A stretch of 64,000 bases of DNA from Candidatus Marinamargulisbacteria bacterium (GTDB lineage Bacteria; Margulisbacteria; Marinamargulisbacteria; UBA817). Below are positions 54,234 through 64,000 of this stretch, piece by piece. The DNA is taken from positions 30,828 through 94,827 of the forward strand of contig JBMHDV010000004.1 of assembly GCA_049889215.1 (NCBI GenBank), written 5' to 3'. Under the pieces are notes generated by a model that had not been told where the DNA came from, ran no database searches, and saw only the letters and a program-made list of their open reading frames with translations. A program made the position numbers and the translations under genes. Each line of letters opens with the position of its first letter. Position 1 is the stretch's first letter.

Positions 54234-56174
54234 ATGAGACAATTTATAGACACAACTTTACACCCTCTTTTTGGGGTCTTATCAGAGCTTATTGGCAAAG
54301 GCGTTGAATACATTTGGTATTACCCAGTTGTTTTTCTTTGCGTTTACTGCGGAGTTATGTTTTCGCTTCGTTCTGGTTTTATTCAATTTCGTGGCATTCG
54401 TCATACCATCGACTTATTAAGAGGAAAATATGACAACCCCGATGAACCTGGTCAAATCACACACTTCCAAGCACTAATGGCAGCCCTATCTGGCACGATT
54501 GGGCTGGGAAACATTGCAGGTGTCGCAATTGCAATTTCACTGGGCGGTCCAGGAACCATACTATGGATGTGGATTGCCGGTCTATTTGGTATGGCAACGA
54601 AGTTTTATGAATGCACACTAGGTACAAAATACCGTGTTATAAAAGATGGAAATGTTTATGGTGGCCCAATGTACTATATTAAAGAACGCTTACCAAAATT
54701 CTTAAAGCCTTTGGCATTTTTATATGCATTTTCAACAATTTTTGGTGCATTTGGTGCTGGCGGAATGTTTCAGGCAAATCAAGCCGCATCCGCATTAAGC
54801 GCTTACTTCAATATTCCCGCTTTATTAACAGGGCTTATTTTAGCAGCAGCCATTGCGGTTGTTATTATTGGAGGCATTAAACGTATTGGACAGGTTGCTG
54901 GAAAAATTGTTCCAGCCATGTGTATTATTTATATTATTGGGGCATTAATCATTTGCGCGATGAATATATCTCAATTACCAGATATTTTTGGTTTAATTAT
55001 CTCGGATGCATTTTCTGGAAACGCAGTTGCTGGTGGTGCAGTAGGAACCGTTATTATTTGGGGAATTCGACGTGCTGTTTTCTCAAATGAAGCAGGTCTA
55101 GGCTCAGCGTCCATTGCCCATGCAGCCGTTAAAACAAAGTATCCTATTCGAGAAGGTTTCGTTGCCTCTATTGGCCCATTCATTGATACCGTCATTGTTT
55201 GTACGGCAACGGCAATTGTGATTATCTTAAGCGGGCAATATGCAACTTCAGCATATGCAAAAAATACCACTACCATTGACTTCGAATCTCAAAAAAATCA
55301 CAATACTAACGCCCATTGGATACGCACCAATAATCCATCTGACAATCAAGGTTTCCGCATCAAACATCAAGTGTCAGACAAGATTAGCACGTATACATCT
55401 GCTCCACTAAATATTGTCACAGAAAAAACAACCTGGTACGGAACAAAATACAATGCACTTTTAGGTGATGGCATCCAATTCAAAACAAAACGTGATCGTG
55501 GTAACTACGCATTAATAATACGAGATAAAAATGACGAAAAAGTAACCGCATTACGGCTAAGTGGTGACGAAAAGTTTTTCTTTGCATCAAACCTGACGTT
55601 CGGGACAATGTCCTTGGTTTATTTTTCTTTAAATCAAACAAAATCAGATGGAACCTGGCAAACTCACACAGTGTCCTTTAAAGAACAAACAAATGAGTGG
55701 ATAAAATTAAACCCAGCCATGCACAACATGTATTTGGAATTTATTGTCGACAAAAACACAACGGATTTTGAAATTGATGACATCATGATTGGTAAACCAA
55801 AGAGTGGGATCCAACTAACAATCGCTGCATTTGATCAATATTTAAAAGGATTTGGCTCCATTTTTATTACCATTGCTGTTGTATTATTTGCCTTTTCTAC
55901 CATGATTACTTGGTCATATTATGGCGAATCAGCCCTTATGTTTTTATTTGGTAAAAAAGCCATCCTCCCATTTAAAGTTGTTTTTATTGGACTCATTATT
56001 TTAGGTTCCGTAATTTCACTTGAAACCGTCATTAACTTTTCTGATTTAATGATTGGATTAATGGTGATTCCAAACACAATTGCAATCTTATACTTAATCA
56101 ACGATGTTTCTAAAGATTTATTTAGCTACACAGAAAAACTTAAAAACAATGAATTAAAGGTGTATAAAAAATGA
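54234..56174 (+). CDS. Alanine/glycine:cation symporter (AGCS) family transporter with a ~190-aa inserted soluble domain
   Basis: AGCS signature QITHFQALMAALSGTIGLGNIAGVAIAISLGGPGTILWMWI and FSNEAGLGSASIAHAA. The protein is 646 aa, whereas ~450-480 aa is usual (length recalled from family knowledge). Confidence 0.85.
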   Translation: MRQFIDTTLHPLFGVLSELIGKGVEYIWYYPVVFLCVYCGVMFSLRSGFIQFRGIRHTIDLLRGKYDNPDEPGQITHFQALMAALSGTIGLGNIAGVAIAISLGGPGTILWMWIAGLFGMATKFYECTLGTKYRVIKDGNVYGGPMYYIKERLPKFLKPLAFLYAFSTIFGAFGAGGMFQANQAASALSAYFNIPALLTGLILAAAIAVVIIGGIKRIGQVAGKIVPAMCIIYIIGALIICAMNISQLPDIFGLIISDAFSGNAVAGGAVGTVIIWGIRRAVFSNEAGLGSASIAHAAVKTKYPIREGFVASIGPFIDTVIVCTATAIVIILSGQYATSAYAKNTTTIDFESQKNHNTNAHWIRTNNPSDNQGFRIKHQVSDKISTYTSAPLNIVTEKTTWYGTKYNALLGDGIQFKTKRDRGNYALIIRDKNDEKVTALRLSGDEKFFFASNLTFGTMSLVYFSLNQTKSDGTWQTHTVSFKEQTNEWIKLNPAMHNMYLEFIVDKNTTDFEIDDIMIGKPKSGIQLTIAAFDQYLKGFGSIFITIAVVLFAFSTMITWSYYGESALMFLFGKKAILPFKVVFIGLIILGSVISLETVINFSDLMIGLMVIPNTIAILYLINDVSKDLFSYTEKLKNNELKVYKK

Positions 56175-57136
56175 TCATTAAACCACTCGTCATCTTAAGC
56201 CTATTGCTGGCAACAAATGCCCATGCATTGTTTTTTCCTATCGTATCCTATTCAGATGAAACGGGAACAATTCTTGGATTATTTACCCAAAAAGAACTCA
56301 ACAACTCTGCCAACCTACAATTGATGGGAATGACCCAAAATAAAGGGCAAATGGGAATGGTCAATTTAACCAACCTACCTGTTCAAAATGAACGCATTAA
56401 TATTCGAGTTTTTGGATCAAATACTGGCACCAGCTACTACGGGATTGCCAACACCAACAAAAAAAGTGATGACCAAACATTGTACTTTTCTGAATTTAAA
56501 ACAGCACTTTCAATAGAAAAACCATTGTATAAATCATGGGACTTAATTGCTGGCCTTAGCTATAACACTTACAAGGAAAATCGTGAAAAAAACAATCGTG
56601 CAACTGACGAATTTAACGAACTCCACGATATAGGTATTGAAGTTGGCATACAAATGGATAAACGTGATGCAGAATACAATGCAACCACCGGTTATTTTAA
56701 CGAAATAAAAGCTGAATTTTATCCTCGTCATACCAAACTTAGTAACGATGTTCGATCCTTCATACCGTTACCCCATAACGCAACGTGGGCCAATCGATTG
56801 TATATTGGGCAAACAATAACGGACACTGCTCATATTCAATATTACCAAGCGGTGGGCAGCTATTATCACATGCGTGGGTACAAGGGTAATGATATCATGG
56901 ACAAATTTTTGGCCTTTGGGCAGACCGAATGGCGTAAAAAAATCACATCATGGTTAACCATTTCCCCATTTTTAGAAGTGGGCACCATTGGCTCATCACC
57001 GAGCAATACCATTAAAGGCTTATTTTCCTATGGGGTTGGCACCTACTTTCCCTTAGGTGCGGGCGCATTTCGACTAGAAATCGCCTCTGCTGAACAAAAC
57101 AGCGAATTTTACTTTGGGTTTAATCACGTATTCTAA
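56171..57136 (+). CDS. POTRA-less Omp85-family (surface antigen D15-type) outer-membrane beta-barrel
   Basis: Signal peptide MIIKPLVILSLLLATNAHA. It has the YYHMRGYKGND..FGQTEWRKKI..FLEVGTIG Omp85 barrel motif and a C-terminal aromatic beta-signal (..FYFGFNHVF). ATGA overlap with the symporter gene. Confidence 0.55.
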   Translation: MIIKPLVILSLLLATNAHALFFPIVSYSDETGTILGLFTQKELNNSANLQLMGMTQNKGQMGMVNLTNLPVQNERINIRVFGSNTGTSYYGIANTNKKSDDQTLYFSEFKTALSIEKPLYKSWDLIAGLSYNTYKENREKNNRATDEFNELHDIGIEVGIQMDKRDAEYNATTGYFNEIKAEFYPRHTKLSNDVRSFIPLPHNATWANRLYIGQTITDTAHIQYYQAVGSYYHMRGYKGNDIMDKFLAFGQTEWRKKITSWLTISPFLEVGTIGSSPSNTIKGLFSYGVGTYFPLGAGAFRLEIASAEQNSEFYFGFNHVF

Positions 57137-57381
57137 ACACAACTGATTAAATTTGATATATTTAATTAATAATCAAAACCCAAATTACAGGATTTATTCC
57201 CATTTTCTAAAGCCATTGCCAATTTGAGGTATTGATTAGGAGTAATTTCGTTACCTTTATTTTCACCTTTTGTATGAACCATTTTTATATGCCCGCCACC
57301 TTTATTTTGTGCACTTAGATTATTTTCATCACAAAATGTTAGAAATTTGGTACAGTTATTTCTTGTTAAGGCCTGATACCA

Positions 57382-57639
57382 TTAATCATAACTGCCATAT
57401 TCTGACGATACTGATTGTTTATCAGATGAAAGACACAAAAACCATTCACCGACACCTCCTATTGAATTTATAAGAGAACCAAAAACCTCCAATGTATCTT
57501 TAGTTACCTCACCTGCGTTATGTAATATTTGACCAAAGCAATCATTACCTCTATCGTAAGAATTGTTTGAATTACGAGAAACACCTTGGTTATAAGCAGG
57601 TTTGTGATGGCTGTGATTATTATAATTCCCATAAGGCAT
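57382..57639 (-). CDS. Hypothetical small protein (85 aa, N/S/Y/G-rich N-terminus)
   Basis: ORF with a G-rich Shine-Dalgarno. No family recognised. Confidence 0.4.
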   Translation of the reverse strand: MPYGNYNNHSHHKPAYNQGVSRNSNNSYDRGNDCFGQILHNAGEVTKDTLEVFGSLINSIGGVGEWFLCLSSDKQSVSSEYGSYD

Positions 57640-57698
57640 AATTACCCCCCCTGTTCTGTATGGTTTTTAATCAATATCGTTGCTTTTTTTTGGGTGAG

Positions 57699-58028
57699 TT
57701 ACTCACTGGCACGTTGAACATGACCCAACAATTCCTTTACCATCCCATCATGACTGGTTTGACCGTTAACCATAATGGATTTCTTTTCCACATCACATTC
57801 AATTTTAAACGTACCTTTCGCTTTGCTTGTCGCTGTTTCGTATGTTATTAGCTGATCATTAAATATTTGAATAAAATAGTACGATTGGTTTGGTTTTGGT
57901 GGTTGTGTAATGCAATCCGTAATCATCAGGGGTTGTGAGGAATCCTTTGTCATTAATGCGCCAAAACTACAAATGTTACGAGCTCTCGTCCATACATCAT
58001 CATTATTGGCTTGATTTTTCATAGGCAC
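57699..58028 (-). CDS. Hypothetical small protein (109 aa)
   Basis: ORF with a GGGGG Shine-Dalgarno. No family recognised. Confidence 0.4.
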   Translation of the reverse strand: MPMKNQANNDDVWTRARNICSFGALMTKDSSQPLMITDCITQPPKPNQSYYFIQIFNDQLITYETATSKAKGTFKIECDVEKKSIMVNGQTSHDGMVKELLGHVQRASE

Positions 58029-58170
58029 CCCCTAAAAAATAGTTACCTACTTTATCAATCAACCATCAAAAAATTGAAGATTTTATGTAAAATAATTTAA
58101 CCGTTAAATACCATTAAATTTATTTTACAAAAAGAATAAAAGTCAAAAAGAACTAAATTAACCAGCGATT

Positions 58171-58209
58171 AAATAAAAAATGTGATGATTAGCGCACCTT
58201 TTTCATCAC
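58171..58209 (-). terminator. Putative intrinsic terminator downstream of the 265-aa gene
   Basis: The minus strand reads GTGATGA-14 nt-TCATCAC followed by ATTTTTTATTT, ~45 nt after the stop at 58254. Confidence 0.5.
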
Positions 58210-58253
58210 CTTAATACCACCTCAGGGCATCACTACGTCATCAACCATAATCA

Positions 58254-59051
58254 TTAAAACAATTCCTTATTCAAATCAAGAAATTCAATAGCTGTAGAAA
58301 GTAAATAATAGCGAAAATACCCAATTTGCTCGTTTGATGCGTTATATAATGCCGCCGTTACTGGATAGTCATAAGGCTTTGCATTTTCCATATCCAAATC
58401 TTTTAAGCTTAAATTATCCAATGATGCCGTATAGGTATCTGATGAGCCATCTGAATTCATAATTTTAATGAGGATGGGACAAGTTGAAAACGCATAGGTG
58501 GACAACCCATCACCGGTCTTTGCTAATTCCTCCGTTGATACCCAAGTATCTCTATATTTGCATTGATTATCGGGACGGCCCAATAAAACCACCGCTCTCG
58601 GTGATGGAGTCGAGAAACTGTATGAATTCAATGCATTGGGCGCCGTAACAGCAGCCGTAATTTCGAAGTCATCCTGCACTACTGCCAGTGCAATTTGAGT
58701 GTCCACTTGTTGAACTGTTTTTACACCTGGATCATCAGATATCGTGGTTCTTGTGTCCACTGCAATCGTAACAAATGAAAAAGGGGAAGTCGCACTTTTT
58801 TCATTTAAAAAAATTCTGGGCTTATCACCTTCCCCATCCGTATATATCTGGAGACCCTCTTTACCATCGGCATCAACGTTCAAGTCCACATGCGAATAGG
58901 ACAATGACGAGAACGCTTCATCCACACTGGCCATGGACATTGTTTCTGCTGGGTCTTTAACCAACGTGTATTTGGTTGTTTCTGCAATAACCCCAACAGT
59001 ACAGGCCACCAACCATACGGCCATGATTTGTTTAAAGATTGTTGGCATCAT
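58254..59051 (-). CDS. Hypothetical secreted protein (265 aa)
   Basis: N-terminal hydrophobic signal (IMAVWLVACTVGVIA). No family recognised. Confidence 0.5.
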   Translation of the reverse strand: MMPTIFKQIMAVWLVACTVGVIAETTKYTLVKDPAETMSMASVDEAFSSLSYSHVDLNVDADGKEGLQIYTDGEGDKPRIFLNEKSATSPFSFVTIAVDTRTTISDDPGVKTVQQVDTQIALAVVQDDFEITAAVTAPNALNSYSFSTPSPRAVVLLGRPDNQCKYRDTWVSTEELAKTGDGLSTYAFSTCPILIKIMNSDGSSDTYTASLDNLSLKDLDMENAKPYDYPVTAALYNASNEQIGYFRYYLLSTAIEFLDLNKELF

Positions 59052-59185
59052 TGGGACTTCTTACCTTTCGTTACTGCATTGAATGCCTTAAAACTGTCTA
59101 ATGAAGACTCTGGAATGGACGGATCAGACTGTTTTGAACACCCCAAACACGCACATAGAATAACTAAACATAATAAACGAATCAT
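59048..59185 (-). CDS. Unlisted small lipoprotein ORF (45 aa)
   Basis: Hand translation gives MIRLLCLVILCACLGCSKQSDPSIPESSLDSFKAFNAVTKGKKSQ. It has a lipobox-like LCAC/LGC, an AAGGAG Shine-Dalgarno 7 nt upstream, and a stop that overlaps the start of the 265-aa gene (ATGA). Confidence 0.5.
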   Translation of the reverse strand: MIRLLCLVILCACLGCSKQSDPSIPESSLDSFKAFNAVTKGKKSQ

Positions 59186-59225
59186 AACTACTCCTTTAAA
59201 CGAGTAATATTATCGAATAAATACG

Positions 59226-60218
59226 CTAATTCTTTAGCAATGAACGGACATGATTCAACACGAAATCGTAATGCTGTTGATCAGCCAACGACCAAGTTGA
59301 CTTGGTTGTGGGTTCAATAATCACATGATGATCCGAGTCATACCGGTGAACATCAACCATAGCAGACCCAAATGCAGCTTGAATCATATCTGCTCCGGCA
59401 GTGTCTGCAGTTGGGTCATTTTTAGCCGTAAAAACAGTTATCTTTGGCCAATCATTTTTGGCTCGGACTGGATAAGAGTTTAACTGCTGTCGAACGTTTC
59501 GCATCAGCTTAACCAATTCGTACAGTGCCGCTGTTGGACGATTTGTATACCAATGTTGATGCTCCAGAGCTTGAGATGCATTTGAGCGTGTATTTCCGAC
59601 AAAAAATCGAAGTAATGGCACAAAAAGTAAGCGCTTATCTTTAGGTTCAATGTAAGGGTCAATCAAAATGAGTTGCTTTACTGGCAACTCTGCAAAGGCA
59701 CCACTTAATAATAGATGCAGTACCGCAGTCGCACCTGTTGATGTACCGATTAATGCAATGCTTTGATGGCCATTGTTTGCTAGTGCAGTAACTTCAGCCA
59801 GAATCGGAGCCTCCCAGTCGCTATACGTTGCACTTTTAAAGGCATTATAATCACGGCCATGCCCACCCATAACCACACGCGATAGTAATACAGAGGGGTC
59901 CTGTAACTCAAGACGATTTACTAACGATCGAAACTCATAGCTGGACGCCGAGAAACCATGGACCAACACACCAACTGTTTGTTGTTGCTGATCATCCGTT
60001 GGTGTTTGAAAACGTTTAGAAACTAAATAATTTGAATTTACCAGCGCTTTGTCGATGGTCTCCTTTGAGTCCAACCATGTTGACTCATAATGCAAAGGTT
60101 GATGCAACGACAATCGTATTAGACCACCGGCCAAAAGAATAATGGCCGTGAGTATAACGATGCTAGTGAACAAGCGACCCAAAAAAGTTTTCGATTTCAC
60201 GTTGTGCAGATGCCACAC
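59226..60218 (-). CDS. Membrane-anchored alpha/beta hydrolase (esterase/lipase-like)
   Basis: VLVHGFSASSYEF and nucleophile elbow GTSTGA, with an N-terminal TM helix. The track GTG start overlaps ndk by 56 nt, so TTG 60182 or 60173 is more likely. Confidence 0.6.
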   Translation of the reverse strand: MWHLHNVKSKTFLGRLFTSIVILTAIILLAGGLIRLSLHQPLHYESTWLDSKETIDKALVNSNYLVSKRFQTPTDDQQQQTVGVLVHGFSASSYEFRSLVNRLELQDPSVLLSRVVMGGHGRDYNAFKSATYSDWEAPILAEVTALANNGHQSIALIGTSTGATAVLHLLLSGAFAELPVKQLILIDPYIEPKDKRLLFVPLLRFFVGNTRSNASQALEHQHWYTNRPTAALYELVKLMRNVRQQLNSYPVRAKNDWPKITVFTAKNDPTADTAGADMIQAAFGSAMVDVHRYDSDHHVIIEPTTKSTWSLADQQHYDFVLNHVRSLLKN

Positions 60219-60576
60219 TATCAGAAGCGTGAATCACATTTTCGCCTTTGGATAATGCCAAGTCACCACGAATGGTACCTGCAGGTGCCTCTAAGGCATC
60301 TGTTGGGCCAACCATCTGACGAATGGTATCAATGACTTTCTCACCTTCCAATACCATAATTAAAATTGGACCACTTAAAATAAAGTCTTTAAGACCAGGG
60401 TAAAAAGGTTTATCCACATGTTCTACATAATGACGATCCACTTCGTCTGGCGTTAATTGGCGTAATTCCAATTTATTAAATGTAAAGCCACGCTTTTCAA
60501 AACGCCCAACAATCTCTGCCATTAACCGACGTTTAACCCCATCCGGTTTTATAAATACTAAACTTTGCTCTACCAT
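60163..60576 (-). CDS. ndk: Nucleoside diphosphate kinase
   Basis: LVFIKPDGVKRRL..IVGRFEKRGF and NVIHASDS (active-site His). Confidence 0.95.
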   Translation of the reverse strand: MVEQSLVFIKPDGVKRRLMAEIVGRFEKRGFTFNKLELRQLTPDEVDRHYVEHVDKPFYPGLKDFILSGPILIMVLEGEKVIDTIRQMVGPTDALEAPAGTIRGDLALSKGENVIHASDSVASAQREIENFFGSLVH

Positions 60577-61943
60577 TGAAATGCCTCCTTGATTTGTGCG
60601 AGCCGAACACTTACTTGCCCCGAATCGGTCCCGCCAATGATATGTTTTTGTTGAATTGCTGCTTTAAATGATAACCGATCCGCCACATCACTTTCAATGG
60701 CTGGCGCAATGGATTGCAATTGTTCAATGCTCAACTCATGCACCTGACACTGATTATCTTCAGCCAATTGCACCAACTGCCCCACCTGTTCGTGTGCTTC
60801 ACGAAATGGCACGCCCTTCATGGCCAAATAATCGGCTATTTCTGTGGCTAATATATGCCCTGTGTTCATGGCCGTTAAAATGCGGTCCTGATGAACCGTA
60901 ATGGTTGGAATCATCCGTGCAAAACAATCCAATACCGAAACCGTAATATCCATCGCAGTAAACAATAACTTTTTATCGTCTTGCAAGTCACGGTTATATG
61001 TTAGTGGCAATCCTTTAATCATTTCATGAAGTGCTACAAATTGGCCCATTACTGGCCCAGCCTGACCACGAATGAGTTCAGCAATATCAGGGTTCTTCTT
61101 TTGGGGCATAATCGAACTGCCCGTCGTAAATTCATCGCCAATGGTAATAAACCCAACCACAGACGATGACCAAAAAATGAGTTCTTCACAAAATTGAGAT
61201 AAATGCATGGTCACCATACTCGCCGCATACAACACATCCAAAATAAAATCACGATCAGAGACCGCATCCATGCTATTGAGTGTAATATCCGAAAAACCAA
61301 GGGCTTCAGCCACTGCGTGACGATCAATCTCATAATTCGAACCGGCCATAGCCGCAGAGCCTAACGGACAAAAATCAGCCCGTTCATAGGCATCCACAAA
61401 GCGGTTTTGGTCCCGCTTTAATTTTTCAAAATACGCCAACACATGGTGCCCCAATACCACCGGTTGAGCAATTTGCAAATGCGTAAAACCTGGAAACACC
61501 GTCTCCTTATGATCATTTGCAAAGTTGTATAACGCTTTAAAGCAACCATGCATTAAGTCATTAATTTCTTCAATTTTATCTTTAACGTATAAACGAACAT
61601 CCGTAGCTACCTGATCGTTACGAGACTTACCTGAATGCATTTTCTTACCCAAGTCCCCAACCTTTTCAACCACCAAACGTTCAACAAAGCTATGTACATC
61701 TTCGTCATCTGGCAACATTTCTAAGACTTTTGGCGCATCTTTTAATACCTCATCCAATGCCTTATGTAACTTTTGACATTCTTTTTTGGTAAGAACACCC
61801 GCTTTTACAAGTGCGGATGAATGCGCTTTATTTAAGGCGACATCATAAGGCAACAATACCTGATCAAAGGATAGTGAGTAACTAAAATCAACCGCCGCTG
61901 GGTTCAGGGCCTGTTTAAAACGGCCACCCCATAACTTGGTCAT
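60570..61943 (-). CDS. argH: Argininosuccinate lyase
   Basis: MTKLWGGRF.. N-terminus and the [12 protein letters not shown] fumarate-lyase signature. Confidence 0.97.
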   Translation of the reverse strand: MTKLWGGRFKQALNPAAVDFSYSLSFDQVLLPYDVALNKAHSSALVKAGVLTKKECQKLHKALDEVLKDAPKVLEMLPDDEDVHSFVERLVVEKVGDLGKKMHSGKSRNDQVATDVRLYVKDKIEEINDLMHGCFKALYNFANDHKETVFPGFTHLQIAQPVVLGHHVLAYFEKLKRDQNRFVDAYERADFCPLGSAAMAGSNYEIDRHAVAEALGFSDITLNSMDAVSDRDFILDVLYAASMVTMHLSQFCEELIFWSSSVVGFITIGDEFTTGSSIMPQKKNPDIAELIRGQAGPVMGQFVALHEMIKGLPLTYNRDLQDDKKLLFTAMDITVSVLDCFARMIPTITVHQDRILTAMNTGHILATEIADYLAMKGVPFREAHEQVGQLVQLAEDNQCQVHELSIEQLQSIAPAIESDVADRLSFKAAIQQKHIIGGTDSGQVSVRLAQIKEAFQW

Positions 61944-63142
61944 GACCGGCTCACCATGCCATTGACCTTCATCGGTAACCCAAACACTCGAATAAAACCA
62001 GTTGCGTCTTTTTGATCATACAATTCGGTATCACTAAAGGACGCTAAATCCTCCATATACAGTGATTTTTCAGCCTTGATTCCTGCAGGGACAATGTTCC
62101 CTTTATATAACTTCACTCGAACAGATCCTGTGACCACGTCCTGTGTTGAGTTTACAAACGCATCCAAGGCATCCTTTGCCGGGCAAAACCAACGGCCATC
62201 ATACACCATCTGTGCGTATTCAATGCCAAGCTTCTGCTTTAATAAGGTGGTATCACGATCCAAGACCAATTGTTCTAGCATGCGATGTGTATCGTACAAA
62301 ATGGTACCACCTGGCGTTTCGTAAACACCACGCGACTTAATGCCAACCAAACGGTTTTCAACCATATCGATTTGACCCACCCCATGCTCAGCACCAATCT
62401 GATTTAGTTTGGTTAATAAGTCCACCGGGGATAAAGCTTGGCCATTGACTTTAACCGGAGTGCCTTTGTCGTAATCAATGGTCACATATTCAGGTTGCTC
62501 GCCTGCATTTTCGATGGTTTTGGATAACGTAAATACATCATCAGGCGCTTCGTTGGCCGGGTCTTCCAGTACCCCACCCTCATGCGAAATATGCCAAATA
62601 TTACGGTCTTCAGAATAGATTCGTTTTTTAGACTGTGTAACAGGAATATTGTGTTTGTCGGCATACACCAAGCAATCTTCACGTGAATGCAAATCCCACT
62701 TCGGGTCTTTCCAAGGAGCAATGATTTGCAGCGATGGATCAAGGGCCATAAAGGTCAGCTCAAAACGGACTTGGTCATTGCCTTTTCCAGTTGCGCCATG
62801 GGCCACCATATTGGCGCCCTCTTGCTGGGCAATCTCAACCTGACGCTTGGCAATCAACGGACGACCAAAACTGGTTCCCAATAAATACTCATGCTCGTAA
62901 ATCGCACCCGCTCGCAGCGTTGGGTAAATGTAATTGGTAATGAATTCTTCACGTAGATCTTCAATAAATACTTTTGACGCACCTGTTTTTAGTGCCTTTT
63001 CTTCCAAACCATCCAACTCGTCCGCTTGGCCTAAATTGGCACACATTGCAATTACTTCACAATTGTAATGTTCCTTTAACCAAGGAATCATAACTGAGGT
63101 ATCCAAGCCTCCTGAATATGCTAAAACAACTTTATTGCTCAT
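61940..63142 (-). CDS. argG: Argininosuccinate synthase
   Basis: [25 protein letters not shown]-type ([14 protein letters not shown]) and SxDxNxxH motifs. Confidence 0.97.
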   Translation of the reverse strand: MSNKVVLAYSGGLDTSVMIPWLKEHYNCEVIAMCANLGQADELDGLEEKALKTGASKVFIEDLREEFITNYIYPTLRAGAIYEHEYLLGTSFGRPLIAKRQVEIAQQEGANMVAHGATGKGNDQVRFELTFMALDPSLQIIAPWKDPKWDLHSREDCLVYADKHNIPVTQSKKRIYSEDRNIWHISHEGGVLEDPANEAPDDVFTLSKTIENAGEQPEYVTIDYDKGTPVKVNGQALSPVDLLTKLNQIGAEHGVGQIDMVENRLVGIKSRGVYETPGGTILYDTHRMLEQLVLDRDTTLLKQKLGIEYAQMVYDGRWFCPAKDALDAFVNSTQDVVTGSVRVKLYKGNIVPAGIKAEKSLYMEDLASFSDTELYDQKDATGFIRVFGLPMKVNGMVSRS

Positions 63143-63145
63143 AAA

Positions 63146-64000
63146 TTATCCTTTCATTAACCATTCTAAAATGGCATTTTGTGCATGCATGCGATTTTCT
63201 GCCTGATCAAACACTTTGGATTGGTCAGACTCAAATACATCGTTGGTAACTTCTTGCCCTATGTTGGCTGGCAAACAATGCAAAAAGATAGCATTGTCTT
63301 TGGCTTGTGCCATCATGTCCGCATTAACTTGATATGGTGCAAACGCTTTTTCACGAGCCTGTGCCTCTGCCTCATCCCCCATTGACACCCAAACATCCGT
63401 GTAAATCACATTGGTTTTTGAAATCACATCACTTAATTGGTCCGTTACAATAATGCCATCTGGCACCTGTGATGGTTGATATGCCTTGGGGCACACCACT
63501 GACATCTGAAACCCACATTTAATGGCGATTTCCATTAACGATTTACAAACATTATTGCCATCACCCACATACGTTAAAAACACATCATCAAATGTCCCAA
63601 AATGCTGTTTAATGGTTAGTGCATCCGCAACAGCCTGACACGGATGAGATAGATCTGATAAACCATTAATAACAGGAATGGATGAATGGTTTGAAAACTC
63701 CAACAATGCCTGATGATCTTTGGTTCGATAAACAATTGCATCAAAGTAACGGCTCATCACTCGACTAACGTGTGATACTGGTTCACGCGACCCCAATTGA
63801 ATCTCGTCCCCTTTAATGTAAACAGCATTCCCACCCAATTTGTGAATGCCAACCTCCAACGATAATCGTGTTCGGTTGGATGGTTTTTCAAAAATCATTC
63901 CAATGGATGTCCCTGCTAACACTTGCGAATCATCCGTTTGTAAGTCAACGGCCCGTTGAAGAATGGTTTCAATCGCTTCAGAAGAAATATCTGAAATATT
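63146..64000 (-). CDS. argF: Ornithine carbamoyltransferase (N-terminus beyond right edge)
   Basis: FEKPSNRTRLS (STRTR motif), HPCQ and HCLP motifs. The frame stays open upstream of the track's Met to position 64000 (..NISDISSEAIETILQRAVDLQTDDSQVLAGTS). Confidence 0.93.
   Translation of the reverse strand, partial: NISDISSEAIETILQRAVDLQTDDSQVLAGTSIGMIFEKPSNRTRLSLEVGIHKLGGNAVYIKGDEIQLGSREPVSHVSRVMSRYFDAIVYRTKDHQALLEFSNHSSIPVINGLSDLSHPCQAVADALTIKQHFGTFDDVFLTYVGDGNNVCKSLMEIAIKCGFQMSVVCPKAYQPSQVPDGIIVTDQLSDVISKTNVIYTDVWVSMGDEAEAQAREKAFAPYQVNADMMAQAKDNAIFLHCLPANIGQEVTNDVFESDQSKVFDQAENRMHAQNAILEWLMKG

Noticed and set aside
60163-60218. 56-nt overlap between ndk and the alpha/beta-hydrolase gene as a possible regulatory overlap
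   Set aside because: It most likely comes from choosing the most upstream GTG. In-frame TTG codons at 60182 and 60173 give a normal signal-anchor N-terminus (..GRLFTSIVILTAIILLAGG) with a much smaller overlap.
1-64000. Scan for tRNA, rRNA, tmRNA, CRISPR arrays, IS elements/transposases, integrases and toxin-antitoxin pairs
   Set aside because: All intergenic regions are short (<=285 bp) and AT-rich, with no cloverleaf-like GC-rich segments and no regularly spaced direct repeats. No ORF has transposase, integrase or known TA motifs.

Overview
AT-rich bacterial chromosomal window from a diderm organism: it encodes an Omp85-type barrel, SLH domains and outer-membrane barrels. It has no rRNA, tRNA, CRISPR, transposase or integrase genes. 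The left 25 kb (1..25366) is a single-strand block of cell-surface genes. It holds four paralogous giant fibre-like secreted proteins: one partial copy and copies of 1899, 1907 and 916 aa. Two of them end in phage tail-collar-like tips packed with His-x-His motifs. Two orphan genes sit inside this array. The block also encodes a 1095-aa repeat protein with a FlgD-Ig/T9SS-like C-terminal domain and a 756-aa fusion of a PorV-like barrel, Ig-like domains and SLH domains. A consensus sigma70-like promoter upstream of yebC appears to head the yebC-proximal part of the block. The remaining 39 kb is mostly housekeeping. It includes CIRCE-hrcA-grpE-dnaK-dnaJ, tsaB, pepF, a PPi-type phosphofructokinase, pepA, trmB, an Fpg/Nei glycosylase, a strongly shortened mfd, comF, tadA, efp, dsbD and ndk-argH-argG-argF. 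It also includes an alanine:cation symporter with a large inserted domain, translationally coupled to an Omp85-type barrel. Small orphan islands lie between these genes, and there are two cases of an in-frame stop followed by continuing open frame. The fibre array with its putative metal-binding tips, and the neighbouring barrel-SLH/CTD-cargo pair, are the most unusual content.
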